The notes below the pieces were generated by a model. The model was not told the origin of the DNA. It made no database searches and worked only from the letters and a program-made list of their open reading frames with translations. Source: the human T2T-CHM13v2.0 reference genome, Homo sapiens. From it: 64,000 nt of DNA. The first letter of the stretch is position 1. Every line of letters starts with the position of its first letter. Positions 1-18,357 of this stretch are shown piece by piece. The stretch lies in NCBI RefSeq assembly GCF_009914755.1, contig NC_060947.1; one strand, written 5' to 3'. The translations under genes were made by a program, and so were the position numbers.

Positions 1-275
1 ATCCACTCATTGATTGATAGGCATTTGGGTTCATTCCACATTTTTGCAATTGGGAATTGTGCTGCTATAAACATGTGAGTGCAAGTATCTTTTCGTATAA
101 TTACTTATTCACCTCTGAGTAGATACCCAGTAGTGAGAGTGCTGGCTCAAATGGTAGTTCTACTTTTAGTTCTTTAAGAAATCTCCACACTGTTTTCCAT
201 AGTGGTTGTGCTAGTTCACAATCCCACCAGCAGTGTAGAAGTGTTCCCTTTTCACCACATCTATGCCAACATCTT
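1..275 (-). mobile_element. Older L1 (L1PB-like) ORF2 C-terminus fragment
   Basis: Minus ORF 101-328 gives [27 protein letters not shown], the L1 ORF2p cysteine-rich region. Confidence 0.75.
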
Positions 276-1968
276 TTTTTTTCTTTATTTCTTCTGAAAA
301 AACAAAAAACAAAGAAAACAGGATACATGTGCAGAACATCCAGGTTTGTTACATAGGTATATGTGTGCTATGGTGGTTTGCTGCACCTATTGACCCATCC
401 TCTAAATTCCGCCCCCTCACCTCCCAGCCCCCAACAGGCCCTGGTGAGTGTTGTTCCCCTCTCTGTGTCCATGTGTTCTTAATGTTCAACTCCCACTTAT
501 AAGTGAGGACATGCTGTGTTTGGTTTCCTCTTCCTGTGTTAGTTTGCTGAGGATGATGGCTTCCAGCTTCATCCATGTCTCTGCAAAGGACACGATCTCA
601 TTCCTTTTTATGGCTGCATAGTATTTCATGGTGTATATGTGCCACATTTTCTTTATCCAGCCTATTATTGATGGGTATTTGGGTTGGTTAAATGTCTTTG
701 CTATTGTAAACAGTGCTGCAATAAACATACATATGCATGTGTCTTTATACTAGAATGATTTATATTCCTTTAAGTATATACCTGGTAATGGGATTTCCGC
801 GTCAAATGGCATTTCTGGCTCTAGATCCTTGAATAATTGCCATGCTGTCTTCCACAATGGTTGAACTAATTTACATTCTCACCAACAGTGTAAAAGTGTT
901 CCTATTTCTCCACAGCCTCACCAGCATCTATTGTTGCCTGACTTTTTAATAGTCACCAGTGTGACTGGTATAAGATGGTATCTCATTGTGGTTTTGATTT
1001 GCATTTCTCTAATAATCAGTGATGTTGAGCTTTTTTTCATGTTTGTTGGCCATGTAAATGTCTTCTTTTGAGAAGGTCTGTTCATATCCTTTACCTACTT
1101 TTTGATGGGGTTGTTTGTCTTTTTCTTGTTAATTTGTTTAAATTCCTTGTAAATTCTGGATATTAGACCTTTGTCAGATTGGTAAATTGCAAAAATTTTC
1201 TCCCATTCTGTAGGTTGCCTGTTCACTCTGATGATAGTTTCTTTTGCTATGCAGAAGCTCTTTGGTTTAATTAGATCCCATTTGTCAATTTTGGCTTTTG
1301 TTGTAATTGCTTTTGGCATTTTAGTCATGAAGTCTTTGCCCCTGCCTATGTACTGAATGGTATTGTTTAGGTTTTATTCTAGGGTTTTTATGGCTTTTGG
1401 GTTTTACATTTAAGTCTTTAATCCACCTTGAGTTAGTTTTTACATAAGATGTAAGGAAGGGTTCTAGTTTCAGTTTTCTGCATATGACTATCCAGTTTTC
1501 CTAGCACCATTTACTGAATAGGAGATCCTTTCCCCATTGCTTGTTTTTGTCCAGTTTGTCGAAGACCAGATGGTTGTAGATGTGTGGTGTTATTTCTGAG
1601 GTCTCTGTTCTGCTCTATTGGTCTATATGTCTACTTTGGTACCAGTACAGTGCTGTTTTGGTTACTGTAGCCTTGTAGTATAGTTTGAAGTCAGTTAGCA
1701 TGATGCATCCATATTTGTTCTTTTTGCTTAGGATCGTCTTGGCTATATGGGGTCTTTTTTGATTTCATATGAAATTTAAAATAGACTTTTCTAATGTTGT
1801 GAAGAATGTCAATGGTAGTTTGATGGTAATAATATTGAATCTGTAAGTTACTTTGGGCAGTATGGCCATTTTCAGGATATTGATTCTTCCTATCCATGGG
1901 GTTGGAATGTTTTTCCATTTGTTTGTGTTCTCTCTTATTTCTTTGAACAGTGGTTTGTAGTTCTCCTC
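275..1968 (-). mobile_element. 5'-truncated L1PA (older, about L1PA12-13-like): 3'UTR plus ORF2 3' part
   Basis: Minus ORFs 486-728, 1095-1328 and 1765-2004 match ORF2p ([22 protein letters not shown]); antisense L1 3'UTR near 320-500. Confidence 0.88.
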
Positions 1969-2739
1969 CGGTATTATTTCTGGAATTTTAGCCTTAATCC
2001 TCATTCTTGAGCCTTCTCAATGATACTGAAGCCACCTAGAATCCCTTTAAAAATGTGTTTATTGCTTTTAATAGCTAGAGTGGGTTTCGTTGCTTGCAAC
2101 TATGAACACTAACGGATATACTCCTTATTAATCATTTTATATTCTTACAAATTTCTCTTGTGTATGCCCTCAGATCAGATAAGATTATTTACTCATGGCT
2201 CCATGCTTCCCTCTTTTTACCGTGCACTTTATTCTCTCTACACTCTGAAGCCTAGATAATTCCTACTACTCTTGGATATTGAAACACTTTGAGCATATGT
2301 CCTAGGACCCTTGTCCACCTTTTTAATTTACTTCAGCATAGAGTTCACAGCCTTCTTTAGCATCCCAAAGTAGGCTGTCTTCCAGTGAAGTTCATATTCC
2401 AGAGGGTGTCCTCGAAGGTATAGCACCTGGTACATAGAATTTCCCAAAATGTTCCTCCCCTTAAAACAGCCTGACTTCAATGTTTTGCCAGGAGGTTTTC
2501 CTTTCATTAAGTTCAATATTTGAATTTTAAAAAATAGTTTATTACAAAAGTAGTACATAAATACATCCTCATTAGAAAGAATTCAAGCATCATAGGAAAA
2601 GCAAAGAAATCATCTGTTAATAAACACTTCCCAATCCCAGAGCAATAAATGTACTGTTATTCCTGCTCTATCTCCAAGCACATAATAGGCAATCAATTAC
2701 TATTTGTTAAATAAAAATAATTCTCAAAAATCACTGGGG

Positions 2740-4880
2740 AATTATTGTTTCTGGTCCACCATATAAGAAACTGGAAGTCACCACTCTGTTCTAAGAAGTA
2801 AAATGCTAAACAAATTAAAAAAATCAACAACTCTTCTTAAGTCTATCAGATAGATGAGATTACAGGACAAATCATTACCCTTCAAATTTGGGAGAAAAAA
2901 AGGCAAATGCAGAAAATTGTAGCTTGCTGGAACAGAAACCCACAAGCATAAACTTCCACAGGAACAAATGTTGAGGTGGGGAAACCTGAACTATAACTGA
3001 CTAATTGATGGAGGCTTAGTGTGGACAAGTCTGAGAAATAAAAACTTCAAGGGGACCCAGGCATTGGGAGGTTTCCCACACTTTTGTGAGTTTTACCTCC
3101 TGGAGCACTACCAGGTTCTCACAGTAAATATTAGGGGAAAAAAATCCCTTCATGCTTCCAGCAGGGGAAGGGAAAAAGGGGCCATTTTGAAATATGCCAG
3201 AGCATTCTGTTCTTCACAAGGTCTGCCCTCAGGAGAAACCCTTTAACCAGAGCCTCACCTGCTGGGATGTAAGCAGAACCTAACTGACCTAGAGGAAGGG
3301 AAATACCCAACTCCAGCTTGCTCTAGCCATATGTCACACTGTAGGAGAATAGAGACTGAGAAACAAATGTGAAGTTCAGTCTCTAGAGTACATAATCACT
3401 AAAAGACTGAGACCTCCTTGTAAGACTATAGAACATTTTCCTCTCCCCCACATTTTATTACTACATTACTAAAGGCCTATTTACAGCACTTGCTTTTACC
3501 CTGTACATCATATCTGGGTATCGAGGAAAAAATGACAAGATGTACAAAAAGGCAAAAAAGGTAATTTGCAGAGACATCAGACCACACTCAGATATGTCAG
3601 GAATCTTGGAGTTATCAGACTGGGAATTTAAAACAAGTATGATTAAGATGCCAAGGATTATAAATGATAAAGTAGAAAGCATACAATGACAGATGGGCAA
3701 TGTATGGAGAGAGATGGAAATTCTAAGAAAGAACCCAAAAGAAATGCTATAGATCAAAAACACTGTAACAGAAATGAAGAATGCCTTTGATGGACTTATT
3801 GGTAGACTGAACACATAAGGAAATAATCTCTGAGCTTGAAGAATTCTATATATAAAATGCTAAAGTTGAAAAACAAGATAAAAAACACTTAAAAACAACA
3901 GGGTATCTAAGAACAATGAGACAACTTAAAAAGGTATATATGCATGAGAATTAAAAAGGAGAAGAGACAAAGGAACAAAAGAAATCTTTGAAACAATAAT
4001 GATGATAATTCTCCCAAATTAATGTTAGACATCAAATCAGAGAACACCAAGCAAGACAAATAACAAAAACTACACTTATGAATATTATTTTCAAACTACA
4101 GAAAATTAAAAATAAAGAAAAAATTTTGAAAATGTCCAGAGTGCAAAAACACTTTATCTAAGTGCAGCAAAGATAAGAATTACATCTGACTTCTCCTAAG
4201 AAATTATGCGACAAAGAAGATAGTGAAGTGAAATATTGAGTATTGAGAGCAAAAATCCACTAACCTAGAATTTTGTACCCTTTGAAATTGTCCTTCAAAA
4301 GTCAAAGAGAAATAAAGATTTTCTCAAACAGACAAAAATTGAGGAAATTTGTTGCCAGTAGACCTTCCTTGCAAAAAATGTTAAAAGAAATTCTTCAGAG
4401 GGTAGAAAAATGATAAAGGTCAGAAGCTCAATCTATGTAAAAAAAATGAAGATCATCGAAGAAGCAATAAGTTATGGAAAAATTAAGATTTTTATTTTTT
4501 ATTCTAATTGATTGAATAATAATAGCAACAATAGATTATACATACATAGATATGCACTTGTGTATAAGTGAAATGAATTACAGAAATTATACAAGGGATG
4601 GGAGGAAGAAATTAGACTTGTTTTATTATTATAAGTTACTCACACTACCTGTGACATGGTGTAGTGTTATTTGAAAATGGACTTTGGATTAATTGTAAGT
4701 ATATATTGCAAATTCTAGGGCAATCACTAATAAAGGAATACAAGAAGTATAAGTGATATGTTAATGAAGGACAGAAATTAGAATCATACAAAATGGTCAA
4801 TTAAAATTAAAAGGCAAAAAAAGAGTGAAAGACAAAAATAGGAACTAAGAACAAGGGCAACAAATAGATAACAGTAACAA
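2740..4880 (+). mobile_element. Ancient L1M (L1MD/L1MC-like) 5'UTR/ORF1, host element part 1
   Basis: A-rich degenerate ORF1-like sequence (aacctagaattttgtaccct; gttgccagtagacct) continuing at 8439 after a nested insertion. Confidence 0.65.
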
Positions 4881-7800
4881 GAGGGTAACTCAGCAAGATG
4901 GCCGAAGACAAACACCTCCGGTCTGCAGCTCCTAGTGAGACCAATGCAGAAGGTGGTTGATTTCTGCATTTCCAACTCATGTACCTGGTTCAACTCATTA
5001 AGACTGGTTAGACAGTTGGAGCAGCCCATGGAGGGTGAGCAGAAGCTGGGTGGGGCGTCGCGTCACCCAAGAAGCACAAGGAATCGGGGAACTCCCTTCC
5101 CCAGCCAAGGGATGCCATGAGGGACTGTGCCGTGAGGGACAGTGCTAGCCAGCACAGATACTACACTTTTTGCAACCAGCATACCAGGAGATTCCTTTGG
5201 GTGCCTACACCACCAGGGCCCTGGGTTTAAAGCACAAAACTGGGTGGCCGTTTGGGCAGAAACCGAGCTAGCTGCAGGACTTCTTTTTCATACCCCAATG
5301 GCGCCTGGAACCCTTCCTCTTCTCTGGGCAGGGAATCTCTGAAAGAAAGGCAGAAGCCCCAGTCAGGGGCTTATAGATAAAACTCCCATTTCCCTGGGAC
5401 AGAGCACCTGGGGGAAGGGGTGGCTGTGGGTGCGGTTTCAGCTGACTTAAACATTTCTGTCCCTGGCTCTGAAAAGGGCAGTGGATCACCCAGCACAGCG
5501 CTCCACCTCTGCTAAGGGACAGACTACCTCCTCAAGTAGGTCCCTGACCCCCGTGACTCATGACTGGGAGACACATCCCAGCAGGGGTTGACAGATACCT
5601 CGTATAAGAGATCACTGGCTGGCATCTGGCAGGTGCCCCTCTGGAAACGAAGCTTCCAGAGGAAGGAGCAGACAGCAATCTTTGCTGTTCTGCAGCCTCC
5701 ACTGGTGATACCCAGGAAAACGATCTGGAGTGGACCTCCAGCAAACTACGGCAGACCTGTAGAAGAGAGGCCTGGCTGTTAGAAGGAAAACTAACAAACA
5801 GAAAGCCATAACATTAACATCAACAAAGAGCATGCCTACACAAAAACCCCATCCAAAGGTCATCAGCATCAAAGATCAAGGTACAAAAATCCATGAAGAT
5901 GAGGAAAAGCCAGTGCAATAATGCTAAAAATTCCAAAAACCAGAATGCCTCTTCTCCTCCAAAGCATCAAACATCCTCGCCAACAAGGGAACAAAACTGG
6001 ACAGAGAGTGAGTTTGATGAATTGACAGAAGCAGGTTTCAGAAGGTGAGTAATAACAAAGTCCTTGAGGTAAAGGAGCATGTTCTAACCCCGTGCAAGGA
6101 AGCTAAGAACCTTGATAAAAGGTTACAAGAACTGCTAACTAGAATAATCAGTTTAAAACAGATTATAAATGACCTGATAGAGCTGAAAAACACAACACTA
6201 GAACTTCGTGAATCATACACAAGTATCAATAGCTGAACTGATCAAGCAGAAGAGAGGATATCAGAAATTGAATATCACCTTAATGAAATAAAGCATGAAG
6301 ACAAGATTAGAGAAAAATGAGTGAAAAGCAATGAACAAAGCCACCAAGAAATAAGGGACTATGTGAAAAGACCAAATCTATGTTTGACTGGTGTACCTGA
6401 AAGTGACAGGGAGAATAGAACCAAGTTGGAAAACACTCTTCAGGTTATTGTCCAGGAGAACTTCCCTATCCTAGCAAGACAGGCCAACATTCAAATTCAG
6501 GAAATACAGAGAACACCACAAAGATACTCCTCGAGAAGAGCAACCCCAAGACACATAATCGTCAGATTCACTAAAGTTTTAATGAAGGAAAAAATGTTAA
6601 AGGCAAGCCAGAGAGAAAGGTCAGGTTACCCACAAAGGAAATCCTATCAGACTAACAGTGAATCTCTCTGCAGAAACCCTACAAGCCAGAAGAGAGTGGG
6701 GGCCAATATTCAACATTCTTGAAGAAAAGAATTTTCAACCAAGAATTTCATATCCAGCCAAACTATACTTCTTAAGCAAAGGGAAGTGAAGAAGAAATAA
6801 AATCTTTTCCAGACAAGTAAATCCTGAGGGATTTTGTCACCACCAGACCTGCCTTACAAGAGCTCCTGCTCTCCCATGCTACTCCCGTCAAGCTACCAAT
6901 GACTTTCTTCACAGAATTAGAAAAAAACTACTTTAAATTTCATAAGGAACTAAAAAAGCCCATATAGGCAAAACAATCCTAAGCAAAAAGAACAAAGCTG
7001 TATGCATCATGCTACCTGACTTCAAACTATACTACAAGTCTGCAGTAACCAAAACAGCATGGTACTGGTACCAAAACAGATATATAGACCGATGGAACAG
7101 AACAGAGGCCTCAGAAATAATACAACACATCTACAACCATATGATCTTTGACAAACCTGACAAAAACAAGCAATGGTGAAAGGATTCCCTATTTAATAAA
7201 AGGTGTTGGCAAAACTGGCTAGCCATATGCAGAAAACTGTAACTGGACCACTTCCTTACACCTTATACAAAAATTAACCGAAGATGGATTATAGACTTAA
7301 ATGTAAGACCTAAAACCATTACAACCCTACAAGAAAATCTAGGCAATACCATTCAGGACATAGGCATGGGCAAAGACTTCATGACTAAGCACCAAAAGCA
7401 ATGGCAACAAAAGCCAAAATTGATGAATGGGACCTAATTAAACTAAAGAGATTCTTCACCACAAAAGAAACTATCATCAGAGTTAAGACAACCCACAAAA
7501 ATGAGAGAAAATTTTTGCAATCTATTCATCTGACAAAGGGTTAGTATCCAGAATCTATAGGGAATATAAACAAATTTACAAGAAAAAAACAAACAACCCC
7601 ATCAAAAAGTAGGCAAAGCATATGAACAGTCACTTCTCAAAAGAAGACATTTATGTGGCCAACAAACATATGAAAAAAAAAGCTCATCATTGCTGGTCAT
7701 AAGAGAAATGCAAATCAAAACCACAATCAGATATCATCTCATGCCAGTTAGAATGGCAATCATTAAAAAGTCAGGAAACAACAGATGCTGGAGAGGATGT

Positions 7801-8438
7801 GGAAAAATAAGATGCTTTTACACTGTTGGTAGGAGTGTAAATGAATTCAACCATTTTGGAAGACACTGTGGTGATTCCTCAAGGATCTAGAACCAGAAAT
7901 ACCATTTGACCCAGCAATCCTATAACTGGGTATATACTCAAAGCATTATAAATCATTCCACTATAAAGACACATGCACACATATGTTTATTGCAGCACTA
8001 TTTACAATAGCAAAGACTTGGATCCAACCCAAATGTCCATCAGTGATAGACTGGATCAAGAAAATGTGGCACATATACACCATGGAATACTATGCAGCCA
8101 TAAAAAAGAATGAGTTCATGTCCTTTGCAGGGACATGGATGAAGATGGAAACCATCATTCTCAGCAAGCTAACACAGCAACAGAAAACCAAACATGTTCT
8201 CACTCATAAGTGGGTGTTGAACAATGGGAACACTTGGACACAGGGAGGGAAACATCACACAGCAGGGCCTGTCAGGGGTTGGGGGGAAGGGGAGGTATAG
8301 CATTAGGAGAAATACCTAATGTAGATGATGGGTTGATGGGTGCAGCAAACTACCATGGCACACGTATACCTATGCAACAAACCTGCAAGTTTTGCACATG
8401 TATCCCGTAACTTATAGTGTAATTAAAAACAATAAAAA
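4881..8438 (+). mobile_element. L1PA8-like element with 5'UTR, ORF1, large internal deletion, ORF2 3' part and polyA
   Basis: 5' caagatggccga motif; ORF1 peptides 6045-6722; ORF2 C-terminus 7690-8300; degenerate TSD agataacagtaacaa (4866-4880) / agaaaacagtaacta (8439-8453). Confidence 0.9.
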
Positions 8439-11384
8439 AGAAAACAGTAACTAATATCATAGATATAAATTTAACTCTGTTAGGAAACATTTGGAACATC
8501 AATGGCCTAAATGTACCAATTAAAAGACAGAGATTGTCAGTGTGGGTGAAGAAACAAAATCCAACTGTATGTTGTATATAAGAAACTCACTTTAAGCTTG
8601 AAAACACATATACATTAAACGAATGGGGAAAGATATACCATACTAATACTAATTAAAAGAATGCAGAAGCAACTATATTAATTTCAGGCAGAGCAGATTT
8701 CAGATAAAGAAAAATTATCAGGAATAAAGAAGGGCATTACATAATGTTAATTTAATTCTCCAAGGAGATATAATAATCCTTAATGTATATGTGCCTAACA
8801 ATGCAGCATCAAAATACATGAGGCAAAAACTGATAGAACTTCAAAGAGAAATAGATGAATACACTATTAGAGTTAGATACCTCAACAACCCTTTATAAGA
8901 GATGAACATATCTATCAGGCAAGAAAATCTGTAAGGGTGGAGTTGAGCCCAACAACATCACAATGGAATTAAACTAGAAATCAAGAGAAAGATAGGTGGA
9001 AAATCCAAAAAAAAAAAAAACCACTCCATATTAAACAATACAGTTTTAAATAACACATGGGTCAAAAAATTCAAGAAAAATTTAAAAGTACTTTGAATTA
9101 AATAAAAATGAAAACATATCAGTATCTATGGGACACAGTGAAACAATCTTACAGAAAAATTTATAACATTGAGATGAGAAAAAAATTTAAAATAAATCAC
9201 CAAGTATGCACCTTGGGAAGCTAAAAAAAGAAGAGCAAATTAAATTATAAGTCAGTAGAAGAAAAGAAGTACTAAAAATTACCACAGAAATCAATGAAAG
9301 TGACAACAGAAAGTCAATTTTAAAAAATCAATGAAAACAAAATCTGGTTCTTTGAAAAGATCAATAAAGTTGATAAGCATCTAGCTGAGCTAAGAAAAAA
9401 ACAAAAAGAGAGGACACAAATTACTAATATTTGAAATAAAAGAAAGTTTGACCAGTTATTTGAAAGACAAAATCTATCAAAACTCACCACAAGAAAAAAT
9501 AGATAATCTGAATAGGCCTATGTCTATTAAATAAATTGAGTCAACAATTAATAATCTCCCAAAGAAGAAAGCATCAAGCCCAGATGGTAAATTCTATCAA
9601 GGTGAATTCTAACAGATATTTAAGGAGAAATTTATATTAATTCTCTATAATATCTTTCAGAATATAGAATCAGAGAGAATACTTCCTATCTCTTTCTATG
9701 AGGCCAACATTGCCCTAAAACCAAAACCAGACAGAGGCATTACAAGAAAACAAAACTATAAACCAATTTCTCTCACAAACATAGGTGCAAAAATCTTCAA
9801 CAAAATATCAAATCGAACAATGTATAAAAGGAATTTTACACCATAGACAAGTGGGATTTATGCCAGGTATGCAAGACTGGTTCAACATTCAAAAATCAAA
9901 TAATGTAATCCATCACACCAATAAGCTAAAGAAGAAAAATCACATGGTCATATTATTAGATGCAGAAAAAGCATTTTACAAAATTCAACATTTATTCATG
10001 ATAAAAACTCCCAGTAAAACAGGTATGGAGTAGAACTTTCTCAATTTGATAAAGAATGTCTACAAAAATCCTGTAGCTAATATCATACTTAATGGTGAGA
10101 AGCTCAAAGCTTTCCCACTAAGATGAGGAAGAAGGGAGGATATCTTCTTTCACCATTGCTTTTCAGTATTATCCCAGAAGCCCTAGATATTGCAGCAAGA
10201 CAAGAAAAGAAATAAGAAGTACATAGATTGGGGGAAAAATTAAAGCTGTCTTTGTTCACAGGTTACATGATTGTCTATATAGAAAATCTGAAAGAATCTA
10301 CCAAATCAAACCCTCTTGGAACTAATAAGAGATTATAGCAAGGTTGCAGAATACAAGGCTACTATGTAAAAGTCAAACTCTTTTCTATAAACCAGCAATG
10401 AATAAGTGGAATTTGAAATTAAAAAACAATAACATTTATATTAACATAAAACTGAAATACTTAGATATAAATTTAACAAAACAGGTACAAGATCTGTATG
10501 AGGAAAACTACAAAACCCTGATGGAAAATGTCAAAAAGGAACTAATTAAATGAAGAGATATTCTATGCTCAGGAATGGGAGGGCAATATTGTCAAGATGT
10601 CAGTTCTACCCAGTTTGATCTACAGATTTAATGCAATCCAAATCAAAATCCTAGTAATTATTTTGTGGATCCTGACAAACTCAATCTAAAGCTTATATGG
10701 AGAGGCAAAATACTTAGAATAGAAAGCACAATATTGAAGAAAAACAAATTCTGGGAACTGACACTACCTGACTTCAAGACATACTATAAAGCTACAATAA
10801 TCAAGACAGTGTGGTATTGGTGAAATAATAAACAAATAGATCAATGGGGAAAACTAGAGAGCCCAGAAATCAACCCATATAGTCAACTGATCTTTGACAA
10901 AAGAGAAAAAGCAATAAAATAGAGCAATGATAATATTTTCACCAAATGATCATCATACTACTGGACATTTACACAAAAAGCAATGAAAGTAGACACAGAC
11001 TTTACAACCCTCACAAAATTAAAATAGTTAACAAACCTAAATGTAAAATGATTAACTTTAAATCATTTAGAAGGAAACATAGGAGAAAACCTAGAGGACT
11101 TTGGGTATTGCAATGATTGCTTTCAGTAAAACACCAAATACACAATTCATTAAGGAAATAATTGACAATCTGAACTTCATTATAATATAAAACTTCTTCC
11201 CCATGAAAGAAAATGTCAAGAGAATGAGAAGACAAACCACAGACTTCTTGGAGAAAATTTTATAAAATATTTTTATATATGTCTTTGCAAAAGACATATA
11301 TATTAAATGACTGTAATCAAAAACATACAAAGAACTTTTATAACTCAATGAGAACCAAAAATCCCAATTAAAAAATAGAGCAAA
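8439..11384 (+). mobile_element. Ancient L1M ORF2 remnant, host element part 2
   Basis: Degenerate ORF2p peptides [17 protein letters not shown] (9785-10033) and DLYEENYKTL (10344-10553). Confidence 0.85.
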
Positions 11385-11907
11385 CTAAATAAGTAAATCT
11401 GATTTCATCTTGTTAATGGTAACAATTCTTTTTGATTTGCAAGTTAATCTAAACCATTCCTGTAAGAGTTACCTCATGTTATTAGGTGTGCCTACTGGGC
11501 CAGCTCTGCTGGAAAACCTTGTCTACCCACAGAAAATGAAGAAGAATGAATAAACAATGACAGAAGATTTCAATTTATCACCCAAGCCACAATGCATGCC
11601 TTCAAATCTCTTTTAAGTTACAGGTTATATTTTTTTTTTCCCCTTGGTTTAAGAACTTGAAGATAGTTTAATGAATATATGGTCATAATTTTGTAACAGA
11701 AATACTTGGTAGTTTGAAAATTAATTAGACCCTTTGGAATATATTTTCTGCTTTGGTAATAAGTCCACTTACATTGTTGAAGTTATCTATGTTAGTCTCA
11801 CACTTTTACATTATTTGATTCTGCTATTTTCCACACTTTTCATTTTTTATGGAATGTGGTTTTCTTCTAACTTACACTTTGTCAATAAATGCTGAAATTC
11901 TTAATTT
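11385..11907 (+). other. Non-L1 insert ending in AATAAA (candidate retrocopied 3'UTR or orphan transduction)
   Basis: Interrupts L1M ORF2; AATAAA at 11884-11889; flanked by aaaaaatagagca (11370-11382) and aaaaaatgggaca (11908-11920). Confidence 0.5.
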
Positions 11908-12930
11908 AAAAAATGGGACAGGAATAGGAACAGTTCCAGTCTACAGCTCCCAGTGTGAGCAACACAGAAGACGGGTGATTTCTGCATTTCCAACTGAGGT
12001 ACTGGGTTCATCTCACTGGGGCTAGTCAGACAGTGGGTGCAGGACAGTGGGTGCAGCCCACCGAGCATGAACCAAAGCAGGGCAAGGCATCACCTGACCC
12101 AGGAAGTGCAAGGGGTCAGGGAATTCCCTTTCCTAGCCAAGAGGAGCTGTGACAGATGGCACCAGGAAAATTGGGTCACTCACACCCTAATACTGCACTT
12201 TTCCAATGGTCTTAGCAAACAGCACACCAGGAGATAATATCCTATGCCTAGCTCAGAGGGTCCCATGCCCACGGAGGCTCAATCATGGCTAGCACAGAAG
12301 TCTGAGATCCAACTGCAAGGTGGCAGTGAGGCTGGGGGAGGGGCACCGCCTTTGCTGAGGCTTGAGTAGGTAAACAAAGCCTCCAGGAAGCTCGAACTGG
12401 CTGGAGCCCACTGCAGCTCAAGGAGGCCTGTCTGCCTCTGTAGACTCCACCTCTGGGGGCAGGGCATAGCTGAGTAAAAGGCAGCAGAAACCTCTGCAGA
12501 CTTAAATGTCTCTGTCTGACAGCTTTGAAGAGAGTAGTGGTTCTCCCAGAATGGAGTTTGAGATCTGAGAATGGACAGACACTCTCCTCAAGTGGGTCCC
12601 TGACCCCCGAGTAGTCTAACTGGGAGGCACACCCCAGTAGGGGCAGACTGACATCTCACATGGCTGGGTATCCCTCTGAGATGACGCTTCCAGAGGAACG
12701 AGCAGACAGCAATGTTTACTGTTCAACAATATTCGCTGTTCTGCAGCCTCCACTGCTGATAAACAGGCAAACAGGGTCTGGAGTGGACCTCCAGCAAACT
12801 CCAACAGACCTGCAGCTGAGGGTCCTGACTGTTAGAAGGAAAACTAACAAACAGAAAGGACATCCACACCAAAACCCCACCTGTACATCATCACCATCAT
12901 CAAAGACCAAAGGCAGATAAAACCACAAAG

Positions 12931-13946
12931 ATGGGGAAAACACATAGAAGAAAAGCTGAAAATTCTAAAAATCAGAGTGCCTCTCCCCCTCCAAAGGAAC
13001 GCAGCTCCTAGCCATCAATGGAACAAAGCTGGATAGAGAATGACTTTGATGAGTTGAGAGAAGAAGGCTTCAGATGATCAAACTTCTCCGAGCTAAAGGA
13101 GGAAGTTTGAACCCATCACAAAGAAGCTAAAAACCCTGAAAAAAGATTAGACGAATGGCTAACGAGAATAACCAGTGTAGAGAAGTCCTTAAATGACCTG
13201 ATGGAGCTGAAAACCATGGCATGAGAACTACATGACACATGCATAAGCTTGAGTAGCCGATTCAATCAACTGGAAGAAAAGGTATCAGTGATTGAAGATC
13301 AAATGAATGAAATGAAGTGAGAAGAGAAGTTTAGAGAAAAAAGAATAAAAAGAAATGAACAAAGCCTCCAAGAAATATGGGACTATGTGAAAAGACCAAA
13401 TCTACGTCTGACTGGTGTACCCGAAAGTGATGGGGAGAATGGAACCAAGTTGGAAAACACTCTGCAGGATATTATCCAGGAGAACTTCCCCAACGTAGCA
13501 AGGCAGGCCAACATTCAAATTCAGGAAATACAGAAAACACCACAAAGATACTCCTCGAGAAGAGCAACTCCAAGACACATAATTGTCAGATTCACCAAAG
13601 TTGAAATGAAGGAAAAAATGTTAAGGGCAGCCAGAGAGAAAGGTCAGGTTACCCACAAAGGGAAGCCCATCAGACTAAGAGTGGATCTCTCGGCAGAAAA
13701 CCTACAAGCCAGAAGAGAATGGGGCCAATATTCAACATTCTTAAAGAAAAGAATTTTCAACCCAGAATTCCATATCCAGCCAAACTAAACTTCATAAGTG
13801 AAGGAGAAATAAAATCCTTTACAGACAAGCAAATGCTGAGAGATTTTGTCACCACCAGGCCTGCCCTACAAGAGCTCCTGAAGGAAGCACTAAACACGGA
13901 AAGGAACACCCGGTACTAGCCACTGCAAAAGCATGCCAAATTGTAA
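12931..13946 (+). pseudogene. ORF1: L1 ORF1p, disrupted by stops and frameshift
   Basis: ATG GGG AAA at 12931; peptides KRPNLRLTGVPESDGENGTKLENTLQDIIQENFP and REKGQVTHKGKPIRL. Confidence 0.9.
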
Positions 13947-14009
13947 AGACCATCGAGGCTAGGAAGAAACTGCATCAACTAATGAGCAAAATAACCAGCT
14001 AACATCATA

Positions 14010-18139
<4,130 letters not shown>

Positions 18140-18357
18140 ACAATGAGAACACTTGGACACAGGGTGGCAACACCACACACTGGGGCGTGTCATGGGGTAG
18201 GAGAAGTGGGGAGGGATAGCATTAGGAGATACACCTAATGTAAATGACAAGTTAATGGGTGCAGCACACCAACATGGCACATGTATGCATATGCAACAAA
18301 CCTGCATGTTGTGCACATGTACCCTAAAACTTAAAGTATAATTAAAAAAAAACTAAA

